Below are positions 28,862 to 41,400 of a stretch of 64,000 nucleotides of DNA, piece by piece. The stretch comes from Candidatus Latescibacterota bacterium (GTDB taxonomy: Bacteria; Latescibacterota; UBA2968). Under the pieces are notes generated by a model, which made no database searches, had not been told where the DNA came from, and worked only from the letters and a program-made list of their open reading frames with translations. Position 1 is the stretch's first letter; each line of letters starts with the position of its first letter. The translations under genes were made by a program, and so were the position numbers. Where the stretch lies: the NCBI GenBank assembly GCA_965222605.1, contig OZ244960.1, positions 3,936,001 through 4,000,000 of the forward strand. The letters run 5' to 3'.

Positions 28862-30550
28862 ATGGATACAAATGGAACGTATCAAGTCGCCGATCTGTGC
28901 GAGGCTGCAAGCGAGGGCGATGTAGCCAAAATTCAACATATTTTGGATGTGCAACCCAATCTGGTCAATGTTTACATGGCGGAAAACAACGAACACCTCG
29001 CCATTCACTACGCGGTTATGAATCAGCACGCGGATGCGGTGCGTGTGCTCATGGAGGCAGGTGCAGATCACACGGCGGGTATTTATCCCCACCGCGATGC
29101 CACGGACGCGCTTACCATAGCAGATGAACGCGGCATGGATGAGATTGTTCAGATTTTGCGAGAGGAAGACGAGAAACGCAAACTCGCTGCTTGTAAGAAT
29201 ATTACCATTACGGAAGATAATGACGCGCTCTTTGAGGCTGTCCAGGAGGGGCGCGATCGGGATGCGCTGGCGATTCTCGATCGGCAATCCGATTTGCTCG
29301 ACGCGTGCCATCGCAATGGCGGTAGTGTTATTTACGCTGCCGCATCTTATGGGCGTTACCATCTCGTTTGGGAATTGCTCAAGCGCGGTGCGGATATCAC
29401 CCATCTTACCCCCGAGGGCCAGTCGCCTCTCGACGGCGCTGTTCACAATATTCGCGGTCGCAACAGGCCACTTAACGAGGGGTGTTTGATTTGCGCGGGT
29501 ATTCTCCTTCAGGCGGGCTGCGAACAATCGCTTGAGTCTGCTGTCGCACTCGGAGATTTTGATTTTGTTCGCGCGTATGCAGAACGATATCCCGAACGCT
29601 TTCAATCCAATGATAGTGAGCGGGACGGTCTTCTGCAGATCGCTGTACAAAATGACAATCTTGATATGGTGCGCTTGTTGCTGGATCTGGGTCTCGATCC
29701 CGACGATAGATATCAACTTCACCACTACGAGTCCAAGCCCTATTCATGGGGCCAACCGCTGGCTCATGCGGCGGGTCACTCGCAGTATGAGATTGCCGAA
29801 CTTTTGCTCGAGCGCGGTGCCGATCCCAATGCCAGCATTTACGCGAGTGGCAATCCCATAGCGGCTGCGTATAATAATCGCGACGATAAAATGAAGGGTT
29901 TGCTGTTTCGATACGGTGGGGTTTTGGATCATATTACTGCTGGACTTGAAGGTGAGACTTCTGCTGCTGCGGTCGCGCTTCACAACGATCCGTCACTTGC
30001 TGAAAAACTCCTGTGGGCTGCGGGATGTGGGGGCGATCCAAATATTGTGGGGATGTGTCTGCGTCAACTCGAATGGGCTCCCGATGACAGCCGCTGGTTT
30101 GGTTTGCTCGAGCAACCTCTTCGCCTGTGGCGTACCCAGCCCCATCGCAGATTCCGCGACTTTGATTGCTCTGTTTATCCCGAGATTTTTCGCATGATTC
30201 TCGATCATGGCGTCAGTCCCAATCTGGTGGGGCGTTTCGGGTACCGCCTCGCCCATGATATGGCGGCATGCGGTGTCGTGTGGGGAGAGGTGATTATGAC
30301 TGAGTCCGAACGCGTCGCCTTTGCCACCATTCTCCTGGACTATGGTGCCGACCTCAATGTGATGGATGAGCTTTTGCAATCTACGCCGCTTGGCTGGGCC
30401 GTGCGATGGGGTAAATACGATCTCACGCGTCTCTATCTCGAGCGCGGTGCCGATCCCACACTGGCGGGTGCTGAATGGGCAACGCCACTCGCCTGGGCAG
30501 AAAAAAAAGGGTATGGGGATATTGCCGATCTTATCAAACGGTATCTTTAG
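28862..30550 (+). CDS. Ankyrin repeat protein
   Basis: Multiple A..G...V..LL..GAD repeats (LMEAGAD, LLKRGAD, LLERGADPN, TPLGWA, TPLAWA). Confidence 0.92.
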   Translation: MDTNGTYQVADLCEAASEGDVAKIQHILDVQPNLVNVYMAENNEHLAIHYAVMNQHADAVRVLMEAGADHTAGIYPHRDATDALTIADERGMDEIVQILREEDEKRKLAACKNITITEDNDALFEAVQEGRDRDALAILDRQSDLLDACHRNGGSVIYAAASYGRYHLVWELLKRGADITHLTPEGQSPLDGAVHNIRGRNRPLNEGCLICAGILLQAGCEQSLESAVALGDFDFVRAYAERYPERFQSNDSERDGLLQIAVQNDNLDMVRLLLDLGLDPDDRYQLHHYESKPYSWGQPLAHAAGHSQYEIAELLLERGADPNASIYASGNPIAAAYNNRDDKMKGLLFRYGGVLDHITAGLEGETSAAAVALHNDPSLAEKLLWAAGCGGDPNIVGMCLRQLEWAPDDSRWFGLLEQPLRLWRTQPHRRFRDFDCSVYPEIFRMILDHGVSPNLVGRFGYRLAHDMAACGVVWGEVIMTESERVAFATILLDYGADLNVMDELLQSTPLGWAVRWGKYDLTRLYLERGADPTLAGAEWATPLAWAEKKGYGDIADLIKRYL

Positions 30551-30568
30551 AAAATGGATATTATCCAG

Positions 30569-30608
30569 AACGCCATCGGAAATGCTTTGCGATGGCGTTT
30601 TCTTTTTG
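30569..30608 (+). terminator. Intrinsic terminator
   Basis: AACGCCATCG..CGATGGCGTT followed by TTCTTTTT. Confidence 0.7.
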
Positions 30609-30666
30609 TACCATGAAAGCTGACAAAGGTTGAGTGGTAGCAATTAAGACCAAAAGGAGATAGAGC

Positions 30667-31608
30667 ATGGTTCGCACGTTGATTGGCAGTCGATATTCAG
30701 AGGATGTGGAGGCGTTGTTGAAAGATGCGCCTTCTGAAGTTGAGGTGATATTTTTGCCAGAGGGAGAAAAGCAGGCCGATTATTTGTCGGGTGTGGAAGT
30801 GCTTTTTGGTCGGCTTGCCGAATCCGAATTTGACCGCGCAGATGCGTTGAAGTGGGTTCAGCAGCCCCATGCAGGGGCCGAAGGGCATTTGTATGAAAAA
30901 TTTAAGAATAGCGATATGGTTTTGACCAATGCGGGGGGATTGTTCGGTCCGCAAATTGCAGAACATGGGTTTGCACTTTTGTTGGCATTGACGCGACAGA
31001 TACACACGCAGTTGGAGTTTATGAAAAACAAGCACTGGGAGCGCGTGCCGTGTTTGGAATTGGCGGGTATGACGATGGGTATTATTGGATTGGGGGGCAT
31101 CGGGCAGGCGATTGCAGATCGCGCAAAAGCGTTTGAATTTCGGGTTATTGCCGTCGATCCCGAGGGTATGGATTGTCCCGATTCTGTGGATCTGTTGGAG
31201 AAGATGGATTATTTACCCGAACTCATGTCGCAGTCCAATGTGGTTATGGTGTGTTGCCCCAGCACGGCTGAAACACATAAGATGCTATCTGGTGACATGT
31301 TTGACCGATTGATAGAGGGTAGTTTTCTCATCAATGTCAGTCGGGGAAAGGTAGTGGATGAGGAGGCTATGGTTGCAGCGTTGCGGTCGGGTAAACTGGC
31401 GGGCATTGGGCTTGATGTGACCTATACGGAGCCATGTCCGAAAGATAGTCCACTGTGGACGGAACCCAATGTTATTTTGACATCGCACAGTGCGGGATCT
31501 TCACAGCATATTCGGAGGCGTGCTGTGGTGCGGTTTGTGGATAATTTGCACAGGTATGTGAATGGTGAGGCGCTGCAGAATGTGGTGGATAAGGAGAAGG
31601 GGTATTAG
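30667..31608 (+). CDS. D-2-hydroxyacid dehydrogenase
   Basis: IAEH, GIIGLGGIG, INVSRGKVVDE, GLDVT..EP, TSHSAG. Confidence 0.93.
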   Translation: MVRTLIGSRYSEDVEALLKDAPSEVEVIFLPEGEKQADYLSGVEVLFGRLAESEFDRADALKWVQQPHAGAEGHLYEKFKNSDMVLTNAGGLFGPQIAEHGFALLLALTRQIHTQLEFMKNKHWERVPCLELAGMTMGIIGLGGIGQAIADRAKAFEFRVIAVDPEGMDCPDSVDLLEKMDYLPELMSQSNVVMVCCPSTAETHKMLSGDMFDRLIEGSFLINVSRGKVVDEEAMVAALRSGKLAGIGLDVTYTEPCPKDSPLWTEPNVILTSHSAGSSQHIRRRAVVRFVDNLHRYVNGEALQNVVDKEKGY

Positions 31609-31630
31609 GGACGGGGATTGCAAGTACTAC

Positions 31631-32359
31631 TTACTCACCTAAAAAAGATGCTTTCCAAAGATTTGCAAAGTGGTGTTTTACCCATTTCAACGGTTTTTGG
31701 GTGAGTGCGTTAAATCCACCCCACGTCCACCGCGTGAGGTGGGTTTTTTTTGCAATTTGCTGAAATAGTTCTCGACGGTCTGGATCTAACCAGTCGAGTG
31801 TGTCCGACATGTCTATCAATTCGCGCTCGTATTCCAGGGATACCATCGCCCGCATGTGTGCATCGACTTTGTCGGCTTCTTTTAATTTGGTTTTTGGACA
31901 TACGGTATATCGCTCTGTGGATAAGAAAGAAGATATCCATTGCCAGGGTACTTTGTCGTGTGCGGATTCAGCCGTGGCGTTGACCTGTGATACCTGATTC
32001 AAAATACCGTAGGTGCGACAGGTCAGGGGGCGCGCAGGGTGAATTGAGCAGCCGCCTTCGGGTGTCAAAAACGGACAACGGCGCGGGCGTTCATCGACTG
32101 TGTTCAGCAATTCCCGCTGTTTTTTCGGGTCAAAGTGTGAGCGCACATAATCTATGATATTGACGTATTCGACGGCGTAAAGCGGATACATGGTTGCAAA
32201 ATCGTCGTCGTATTCGGCATCTGTCAGTTCGCAACAGCTTCCCGGTGCATCGCAACCTGCACACGATACAGCGGGAACCTGTGCGTACACTGCGTTTAAG
32301 CGCGTTCGCATATCTTCGGGTAAAATTGGCATTGCGATTTGTAGCAAAGAATTACTCAC
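31631..32359 (-). CDS. YkgJ/FliB-like cysteine-cluster (CxxCxxCC) protein
   Basis: CAGC..SCC, CPFL..GCSIHPARPLTCR; GTG start just after the eno stop (the longer ORF overlaps eno). Confidence 0.8.
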   Translation of the reverse strand: MSNSLLQIAMPILPEDMRTRLNAVYAQVPAVSCAGCDAPGSCCELTDAEYDDDFATMYPLYAVEYVNIIDYVRSHFDPKKQRELLNTVDERPRRCPFLTPEGGCSIHPARPLTCRTYGILNQVSQVNATAESAHDKVPWQWISSFLSTERYTVCPKTKLKEADKVDAHMRAMVSLEYERELIDMSDTLDWLDPDRRELFQQIAKKTHLTRWTWGGFNALTQKPLKWVKHHFANLWKASFLGE

Positions 32360-32372
32360 TTTTCGCGCCTTT

Positions 32373-34222
<1,850 letters not shown>

Positions 34223-34225
34223 TTT

Positions 34226-35209
34226 TTATACCTTTCCCCGTCTGCCGGAAATAAATTTGGCGAGTTGTCGATGTAGATGGGCGCGCACTTCTGGGTTATC
34301 TGGATCCAATGCAATGGCCTGGCGAATAAAGAAAATGGCGCGCTCGGTATTGCCCATCTGGTAATACAATTCGGCCAGTGTGTCCAGGTAGGAAGGCGTG
34401 TGTGGGCGCAGGCGCAAAGACCGCCGCGACAGGCGAATGCCTTCGCGCAGGTGAATTCCCTGAACGGCGTATATCCAGGCGAGGTTGTTCAGACTGCTGT
34501 CGTCGAGGGGATTGAGCATCAGTGCTTTTTTGTAAAATTCCTCGGCGCGCTCATAGTTTTTGCGCTCGTAGTACACATTGCCCAATTCGCCGTGAGTGCG
34601 GGCATGTATTGCCGATTCATCGTCATTTTTTGGCTCAATATTCAGCACCTGTACATAAGCTTCTTCGGCGCGCTCGAGCCATTTTAATACCATGTAAAGA
34701 CCGCCCAGTTGAAAATGTGCCCACATGGTTTTCGGCCACTGTTCGACAACTGTTTCCAAAAGGGTTTGCGCTTCGCTCAACCGGTCGTGGGATAGATAGA
34801 GGCTGACGAGATCGCGGTAAGATTCCCGATGCGCGGGCACCTGCGATATGGCTTTTTCCAGCCACGCGATAGCAACTTCTGGTCTCTCGAGTGCTTCATT
34901 GACGATTGCGAGGTCGCGGTACAAGCGCATATAATCGGGGGCCAATCCGAGCGCCGTTTCAAACTCGGCTCGCGCTGCGTCGTATTGGCTGCGTCTTAAA
35001 TATGCCCTGCCCAACCACCGCCGCAAAACCGCGTCTTCCGGGCAAATATCTACAGTAGCCTGAAATATCGTCAGGGCTGTTTCGCGATCGCCATTGGCCT
35101 CAAGAGCAACTGCGCGGTCTAAATGACGATACGCCCGATACTCTGCGCAGCCAGACAAAAGCGAGACGGATGCGAGTGTGCAAAAGAGAATTGTGCGCGT
35201 GTTGTCCAT
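34226..35209 (-). CDS. TPR-repeat lipoprotein
   Basis: LLSGC lipobox, several TPRs (LGNVYY..YERAEEFYKKAL.LNP, LNNLAW, YLDTLAE). Confidence 0.85.
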   Translation of the reverse strand: MDNTRTILFCTLASVSLLSGCAEYRAYRHLDRAVALEANGDRETALTIFQATVDICPEDAVLRRWLGRAYLRRSQYDAARAEFETALGLAPDYMRLYRDLAIVNEALERPEVAIAWLEKAISQVPAHRESYRDLVSLYLSHDRLSEAQTLLETVVEQWPKTMWAHFQLGGLYMVLKWLERAEEAYVQVLNIEPKNDDESAIHARTHGELGNVYYERKNYERAEEFYKKALMLNPLDDSSLNNLAWIYAVQGIHLREGIRLSRRSLRLRPHTPSYLDTLAELYYQMGNTERAIFFIRQAIALDPDNPEVRAHLHRQLAKFISGRRGKV

Positions 35210-35348
35210 AGATCTATTCCTCAACAGAAGTATAGAAATCGCAACAGGGGTTGTCAAGGCGCAAAGGTGTTTTCTCTTGACGCATATAGGCGGGGGGGTA
35301 TAATTAAGCAAGTAAAATATCTGTTCACTTTCTTTTTTGAGGTTTTTT

Positions 35349-36347
35349 ATGTCGCGCATCTATTTCTTTTTCCTTTTTTTGTTTTTTACCTCTTGTGGGG
35401 GACCGCAGGAGGGTATGCAGACGCAAAGTTTGATGATTGCAACAGCTACGCCCGGCGGCACGTATTATCCGGTAGGTGTTGCGCTGAGTACGACGATTAC
35501 ACAGAAGCTACAACCCAAAATTGTGGTATCGGCCATTAATTCAGCAGGGTCGGGCGAGAATATTCAGATGCTGATCAATCGAGAGGCTCATCTGGCGATT
35601 TTGCAGGGTTTGTACGGTGCTATGGCTTATCGCGGAGAGGGAACCTATCAGGGGCAATCGGTTGGGGAACTCCGATCCATTACCCTGCTCTGGAAAAATG
35701 TCGAGCATTTTTTACTTCGCGCGGATGATGCCAAAACAGGTACTATTGAAGATTTGAGAAAACTCGACCGCAAATACGTCATTGGCAAACGCGGGAGTGG
35801 TACAGAAGGCGCGACCCGAGCCATTCTCGCAGCGCTCAATATTTCTCCGGATGAGGATTTCACGTCTGAATATCTGGGTTATAGCCCGTCTGCTCAGGCG
35901 ATGATTGATGGGCGCATTGCAGGGGCGACTCTTTCGGCTGGTCCGCCCGTGGCTGCTGTGACGCAGGCTTTTGCCCAACTCGGTGCGGACGAGGTTTCTG
36001 TGCTTACTTTTAGCGATGATCATCTCGTGGCGATACAAAATGCGTTTCCCGTGTGGACGCGGTATATTATTCCGGCCAATACGTATCCCGGGCAGTCCGA
36101 AGCGATTGAGACGATTGCACAACCCAATTTTTTGGCGTGCAGAGCAGATTTGCCCGAGGATGTGGTCTATGAGATTACCAAAACGATTTATGAAAATTTA
36201 GCGAAAATTCAAAATATCCACAAAGCCACGCTCGCAATGTCTATCGAAAAAGCCACGATGGGTCTGACTGTTCCCCTGCATGCGGGTGCGGCGCGTTACT
36301 ATAGCGAGAAAGGTATCGACATTTCGCCGTCTCTTATAGGGGAATAG
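35349..36347 (+). CDS. TAXI family TRAP solute-binding lipoprotein
   Basis: IATATPGGTYYPVG, SAGSGEN, GSGTE, IPANTYPGQ, PLHAGA.RYY. Confidence 0.93.
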   Translation: MSRIYFFFLFLFFTSCGGPQEGMQTQSLMIATATPGGTYYPVGVALSTTITQKLQPKIVVSAINSAGSGENIQMLINREAHLAILQGLYGAMAYRGEGTYQGQSVGELRSITLLWKNVEHFLLRADDAKTGTIEDLRKLDRKYVIGKRGSGTEGATRAILAALNISPDEDFTSEYLGYSPSAQAMIDGRIAGATLSAGPPVAAVTQAFAQLGADEVSVLTFSDDHLVAIQNAFPVWTRYIIPANTYPGQSEAIETIAQPNFLACRADLPEDVVYEITKTIYENLAKIQNIHKATLAMSIEKATMGLTVPLHAGAARYYSEKGIDISPSLIGE

Positions 36348-36380
36348 GCAGCAGGCCAGCCCCCAGTCCCCGATTTCAAT

Positions 36381-38294
36381 ATGCCAGAATCTCATAGAAC
36401 CATATTTAAGCAAGACCACGGCGGCGAAGTGAGTACACCGCATCGCGTGCTTACAGGCTGGCATCACGTGCTCGTTCTCGTTGTGGGGGTTTGTCTGTCT
36501 CTGTTTCACCTGTGGAGCAATACGCTGGGTGTTTTGCCCGAGTTGCAGCGCAATGCCGCCCATTATGCTTTCATTCTTTTTTTAGGATATTTGCTTTATC
36601 CCCTCTCTGCGCGCTATGCCTCGCGCACGCTGATTCTCGATTATTTTTTCGCCATCCTATCTCTCGCCGCCGCCCTTTATCTCGTGTTTTTTGAGGACGC
36701 GCTGCACGCCCGCAACGAAGTCCCGAATACGACTGATCTCATTTTTGCGGGTATTGCGATTCTCCTTTTGCTCGAAATTACCCGCCGTACGACCGGTCTT
36801 TTTATTCCGCTGCTCGCGCTTGCTTTTCTGACTTACGCGCTTTTTTGGGGGCGATATCTTTCCGGTATATGGGCGTTTCCAGGGGTGTCATTTCCGCGGT
36901 TGCTCTACCGCATGTACTTTGCGCCCGATGGTATTTTTGGAATGATTGCGACTATTTCATCTACTTTTGTCGCGCTTTTTGTGCTTTTTGGTGCGTTTCT
37001 CCTGCGTTCGGGCGCGGGTGATTTTATGATTCGTCTGTCGCTCGCGTTGCTCGGGCGCACAGTGGGCGGACCGGCAAAGATGGCGGTTTTTGCCAGCGGT
37101 ATGCTCGGTTCAATTTCGGGGAGTGCCGTGGCGAATACGGTGGGGTCGGGATCGCTCACCATTCCGATGATGAAACGCACGGGCTTTTCGCCTACATTTT
37201 CAGGTGCGGTCGAGGCGGCGGCATCCACGGGTGGTCAACTCATGCCACCGATTATGGGTGCGGGCGCATTTATTATGAGTCAGTGGACGCAAATTCCCTA
37301 TCTGACCATTGTCGCTGTGTCCTTCATTCCCGCGCTTATCTATTTTTTGAGTGTTATCTTTTTTGTGCATTTTCGCGCGCGAAAAACGGGTATTGCGCCC
37401 TTATCCACCTCAGAACTTCCAAATATCCGCGATACGGTCCGCGAAGGCTGGCATTTTGCGATTCCTATTGCGGTACTCGTGGGTACACTTATCTACGGTT
37501 TTACACCTACATTTGCAGCGGCAACAGGAACCGCGAGTATTGTTGTTGCGAGTTGGTTGAATAAGAACACGCGCATGCACATTGGTGATATTGTCGATGC
37601 ACTTGCGCTGGGTGCTCGAAATATGATTACTACCGGCATTATTCTTTTGTGCGCTGGCATTATTGTGGGTGTGGTGCTTATGGTGGGTGTTGGGATCAAA
37701 TTTTCCTTGCTCATTTCGGCGATTGCCGGAAGCAGTGTGCTCATTACGGTTGTGCTCATTGCTATTGCGTCTCTGATTCTGGGCATGGGCTTGCCGGTGA
37801 CGGCATCTTATATCGTGCTCGCGGTGCTGGCTGCACCTGCGCTGACCAATCTGGGCGTTAGTCTGATTGCGGCGCATTTGCTGATTTTCTGGTATTCACA
37901 GGATGCCAATGTCACACCGCCGGTTTGTCTGGCTGCGTATTCCGCTGCTGGTATTGCAGGTGCGAATCCGCTGCGTACGGGTTTTGAGTCGTGGCGCATC
38001 GCCAAGGGCATTTATTTTATTCCCGTGCTCTTTTGCTATACGCCCATCCTTTTTGAAGGGGAGATCTGGCGCGTTGTCGAAACAGCGATTGCCACCCTTC
38101 TGGGGCTGCTGGCTTTTGCGGCGGCTTCTGAGGGATTTCACATGGTGTCGCTGGGTGTGCTATACCGCGTCTTATTCCTCGTGGTCGCGGTTTTGATGTT
38201 GTGGCCTTTGCTGATATGCCACGCTGTTGGGGTGGCGATTTTACTCGTTTTGATTTTGTTGCAAAGACATGCCAGGGCTACCCATCCCAATTAG
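36381..38294 (+). CDS. TRAP transporter fused 4TM/12TM permease
   Basis: GGPAKMAV..S...GSISGSAVAN, EAAASTGGQLMPPIMGAGAF, LGMGLP, TPPVCLAAY. Confidence 0.94.
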   Translation: MPESHRTIFKQDHGGEVSTPHRVLTGWHHVLVLVVGVCLSLFHLWSNTLGVLPELQRNAAHYAFILFLGYLLYPLSARYASRTLILDYFFAILSLAAALYLVFFEDALHARNEVPNTTDLIFAGIAILLLLEITRRTTGLFIPLLALAFLTYALFWGRYLSGIWAFPGVSFPRLLYRMYFAPDGIFGMIATISSTFVALFVLFGAFLLRSGAGDFMIRLSLALLGRTVGGPAKMAVFASGMLGSISGSAVANTVGSGSLTIPMMKRTGFSPTFSGAVEAAASTGGQLMPPIMGAGAFIMSQWTQIPYLTIVAVSFIPALIYFLSVIFFVHFRARKTGIAPLSTSELPNIRDTVREGWHFAIPIAVLVGTLIYGFTPTFAAATGTASIVVASWLNKNTRMHIGDIVDALALGARNMITTGIILLCAGIIVGVVLMVGVGIKFSLLISAIAGSSVLITVVLIAIASLILGMGLPVTASYIVLAVLAAPALTNLGVSLIAAHLLIFWYSQDANVTPPVCLAAYSAAGIAGANPLRTGFESWRIAKGIYFIPVLFCYTPILFEGEIWRVVETAIATLLGLLAFAAASEGFHMVSLGVLYRVLFLVVAVLMLWPLLICHAVGVAILLVLILLQRHARATHPN

Positions 38295-38384
38295 AATTGA
38301 TGTTACGCAACTTTAAGTAATTGTAGTTCATCGAAAGCATATCGAAGCCTCTTCTTGAACCATGCAGGGGCAGGCTATAGTGCT

Positions 38385-38482
38385 GTAGGGGACGGTCCCC
38401 GTGCCGTCTCGTGTGTCATCGCGGCATGATTTTAGCCGCGATCCAGTGTTTTTGCCTGTCCATCCGTGTCCATCTGTGGTTG
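38385..38482. repeat. Nest of three different short palindromic/repeat elements
   Basis: GTAGGGGACGGTCCCCGTGCCGTC (GTAG REP), TGTCATCGCGGCATGATTTTAGCCGCGATCCAG (palindrome), and tandem GTCCATCCGT/GTCCATCTGT. Confidence 0.55.
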
Positions 38483-38487
38483 CTTTT

Positions 38488-41400
38488 ATGTTTAAAATCG
38501 GCACAATTTTCGACAAAAGATATCAAATCCAGGCGCACCTGGGAACCGGGGGCATGGGCGAAGTTTATCGGGTTTTGGACCTGGATCAAGACCGGGAGTG
38601 CGCGCTCAAAATTTTGAATACAATGGTGGATCAGAAGGCGGCACATCGCCGTTTTCACAGAGAATTTCAAGTGTTGAACAGACTTCAGCACCCACGCCTG
38701 GTACGCACACACACCTGGGGCTTTGCCGAAGAGCGTCCCTATTTTACAATGGAATATTTGCCCGGAAAGACATTGGAAAAAATAATTGCCGATCAAGCAC
38801 TATTAGCGCGATTCCGGGCGTCTCACTTTTTTGCTCTGGTACAACAACTTGCCGAGGGATTGGCTTATATCCACGCGCAGGGTGCGGTGCATCGCGATCT
38901 CAAGCCATCCAATATTATGGTTTTGGAAACAGAAGAGGGGATTGAGACCACAATTCTGGATCTGGGGTTGGCGAAATTCAGACATCTGCACAGCGTTTCT
39001 ATTACGCAGACGGGCGCAACGATTGGTACGGCAGAATATATGTCGCCAGAGCAAGGTAAGGGATTCTGGGTGGATCATCGATCAGATTTGTACTCATTGG
39101 GCGTGATTTTATACGAGGTCCTCACGGACGCCCCGCCCTTTTCTGGACAAAATCCCATATCTGTTATTCTGAAGCATATTCGAGAGATACCGCCCTCAAT
39201 GAGCGAAATCAATATCGCTGTTTCTGAAGAGATACAACAAGTTGTGTTAAAGTTGCTGGCAAAGGGAGCTGTTGACCGTTATCAGTCTGCAGAGGAAGTG
39301 GTGCGTGCCTTACCATCGGGGTTTGTGCCATCGGATGATGAGCAGCGCGATGTGCCCGTGAAAGTTATGCGGCCGCAATTTGTCGGGCGCGAATCCGAAA
39401 TGAAGACCTTGCACGCGATGTTGCATGATGTACAGGCTGGCGAGCAGCGCGTGGTTCTAATCTCCGGTGAGGCAGGGGTGGGCAAAACGAGATTGGTCGA
39501 AGAACTATTGGGCGATGCGCTGATCCATGATTTTCTGTGTTTGAAAGGGTCTGGCCAGGAAGAGGGGGGACAAATATACGGTGCATTGATCGATGCTTTT
39601 CAGCGGGTAAAGACGACGGATCTGGTGGGGAGAGTGCCCGATCCAGTAGAGACGGACAAGTTTTCTGTTATGGAACGTTGGTTGCAGTTATTAAAGAGTC
39701 TGCGGCAGAAACAGCCCATTGTGTTGTGTTTGGAAGATATTCAGTGGCTTGATGAATTGACATTGGAATTTTTGCAGTATGTGTTGCGCGATCCAGAACC
39801 CTGTCCATTTTTGTTATGCCTGACTTGCCGATGGTCTAATCTGGAGCCGTTTTCAGAGGAAGTTGAAAATTTTATACACAGTAATGAATTTGCTGAGGCG
39901 ACTCATATTCAGTTGGAAAATCTACCTCAAGAGGAAGTGGGGTATTTAGCGGCGTCGATGTTGGGGGAGCGGTCCATACCATCCGATGCATTGCAAGCCC
40001 TGTTCAGAGAAACGGGTGGGCAGCCCCTGTTTGTCGTGGAGGCTATGAGGACGCTGGTGAATGTCGATGTGGTTCGGCAGAATGTGTCTGACGATTGGCA
40101 GTGGGGAGAATTTCCCGAAACATTATTATCTGATGATATTTCAGAAGTTTTGTACAGGCGCATAACTGCCCTGCCTGCGGTGCAACAGCGGGTGCTGGAA
40201 TATGCCTGTGTTTTTCTGGGTGATTTTTCTTTTGAATTATTGGCTGAGATTTGGCGCGGTGATGAGTTGGAGCTATTGGATGTACTGGACGACCTCGTTG
40301 CAGAAGGGCTGTTAACGACTTATGGTGATGAAAAAGAACGGTATCGTTTTTCACAGAGTTTGTGTCGGCGGGCAATTTACGATCGCATACAAAATGTGCG
40401 GCGACGTCTGTTACATCGAGAAATTGGCAATGCTCTGGAAGATACGGAAGATGCCGAAGAACTGACGGAAGAATTGGCGGATCATTTTGCGGCGGCAGAA
40501 GAACAAGATAAGGCTGTAAAATATATGCGCCTATCAGGCAAAAAAGCATTGGCGATACAAGCGTATCGCCAGGGATTGAGACGGTTTGAGGCTGTGCGAG
40601 ACTGGACAACGAATGATGCTTTTGAATCGCAAGCGGACGCTATCGACTTTTTGTGCGATTATGCAGATGTGCTACGCAATTGCGATCAGCCCAATAGAGC
40701 ACTAAAACTTTTAGAGGAGGCAAAGGCTTTATTGCCCGATGATCGAAATGATTTGAAGGCGCGTATTTTGAATCGTGAAGGTAGTATTCACAGCGTACTT
40801 CAACATGGGGCAATTGCAGAAGAATATATGCTGGAGGCATTGCGACTTTATCGGGAACTGGATGATCTCGACGGAGAAATTCAGGCTTTGGGAGGTTTGG
40901 CTTATTTGTGTGATGTATCTGGACGGCACGAAGAAGCAATTGCGTATATGCGTCGGGAAATAGAGAAATATGCTACGCTCGGGGATGCTCAAAACAAGGC
41001 TGTTTTACAAAGGAGGGAAGGTCTGTTTGCATTGGTGGGATTTCGATTTAAGACAGCCAAATCACACCTGGAGGCGACTGTAAAAACCGCTCAGCAACTC
41101 GGACTTGAATACCACCAAATATGGGCACTCAATTTACTTGTAAGAGTTTATTTTTATCTGGGTGATCTCAACCGTGCGGAAGCCGTTTGCTATGAAGTCA
41201 TTGGTGAGTGGCAGAAGCGAGGAGTGATACACCTGGAAGCGGTAAATTTCCTCTACCTTGGGGAATTGGCATTGGAACGCGGCGATTTTGCTGAGGCATT
41301 GGAATATGCCGAGATCTCAGCAGAGCGATTTTTGGAAACATCGCGAAAAGATTATGTCTATCGCGCTTATGCGATTTCAGCAACGGCTGCTGCGAGAATG

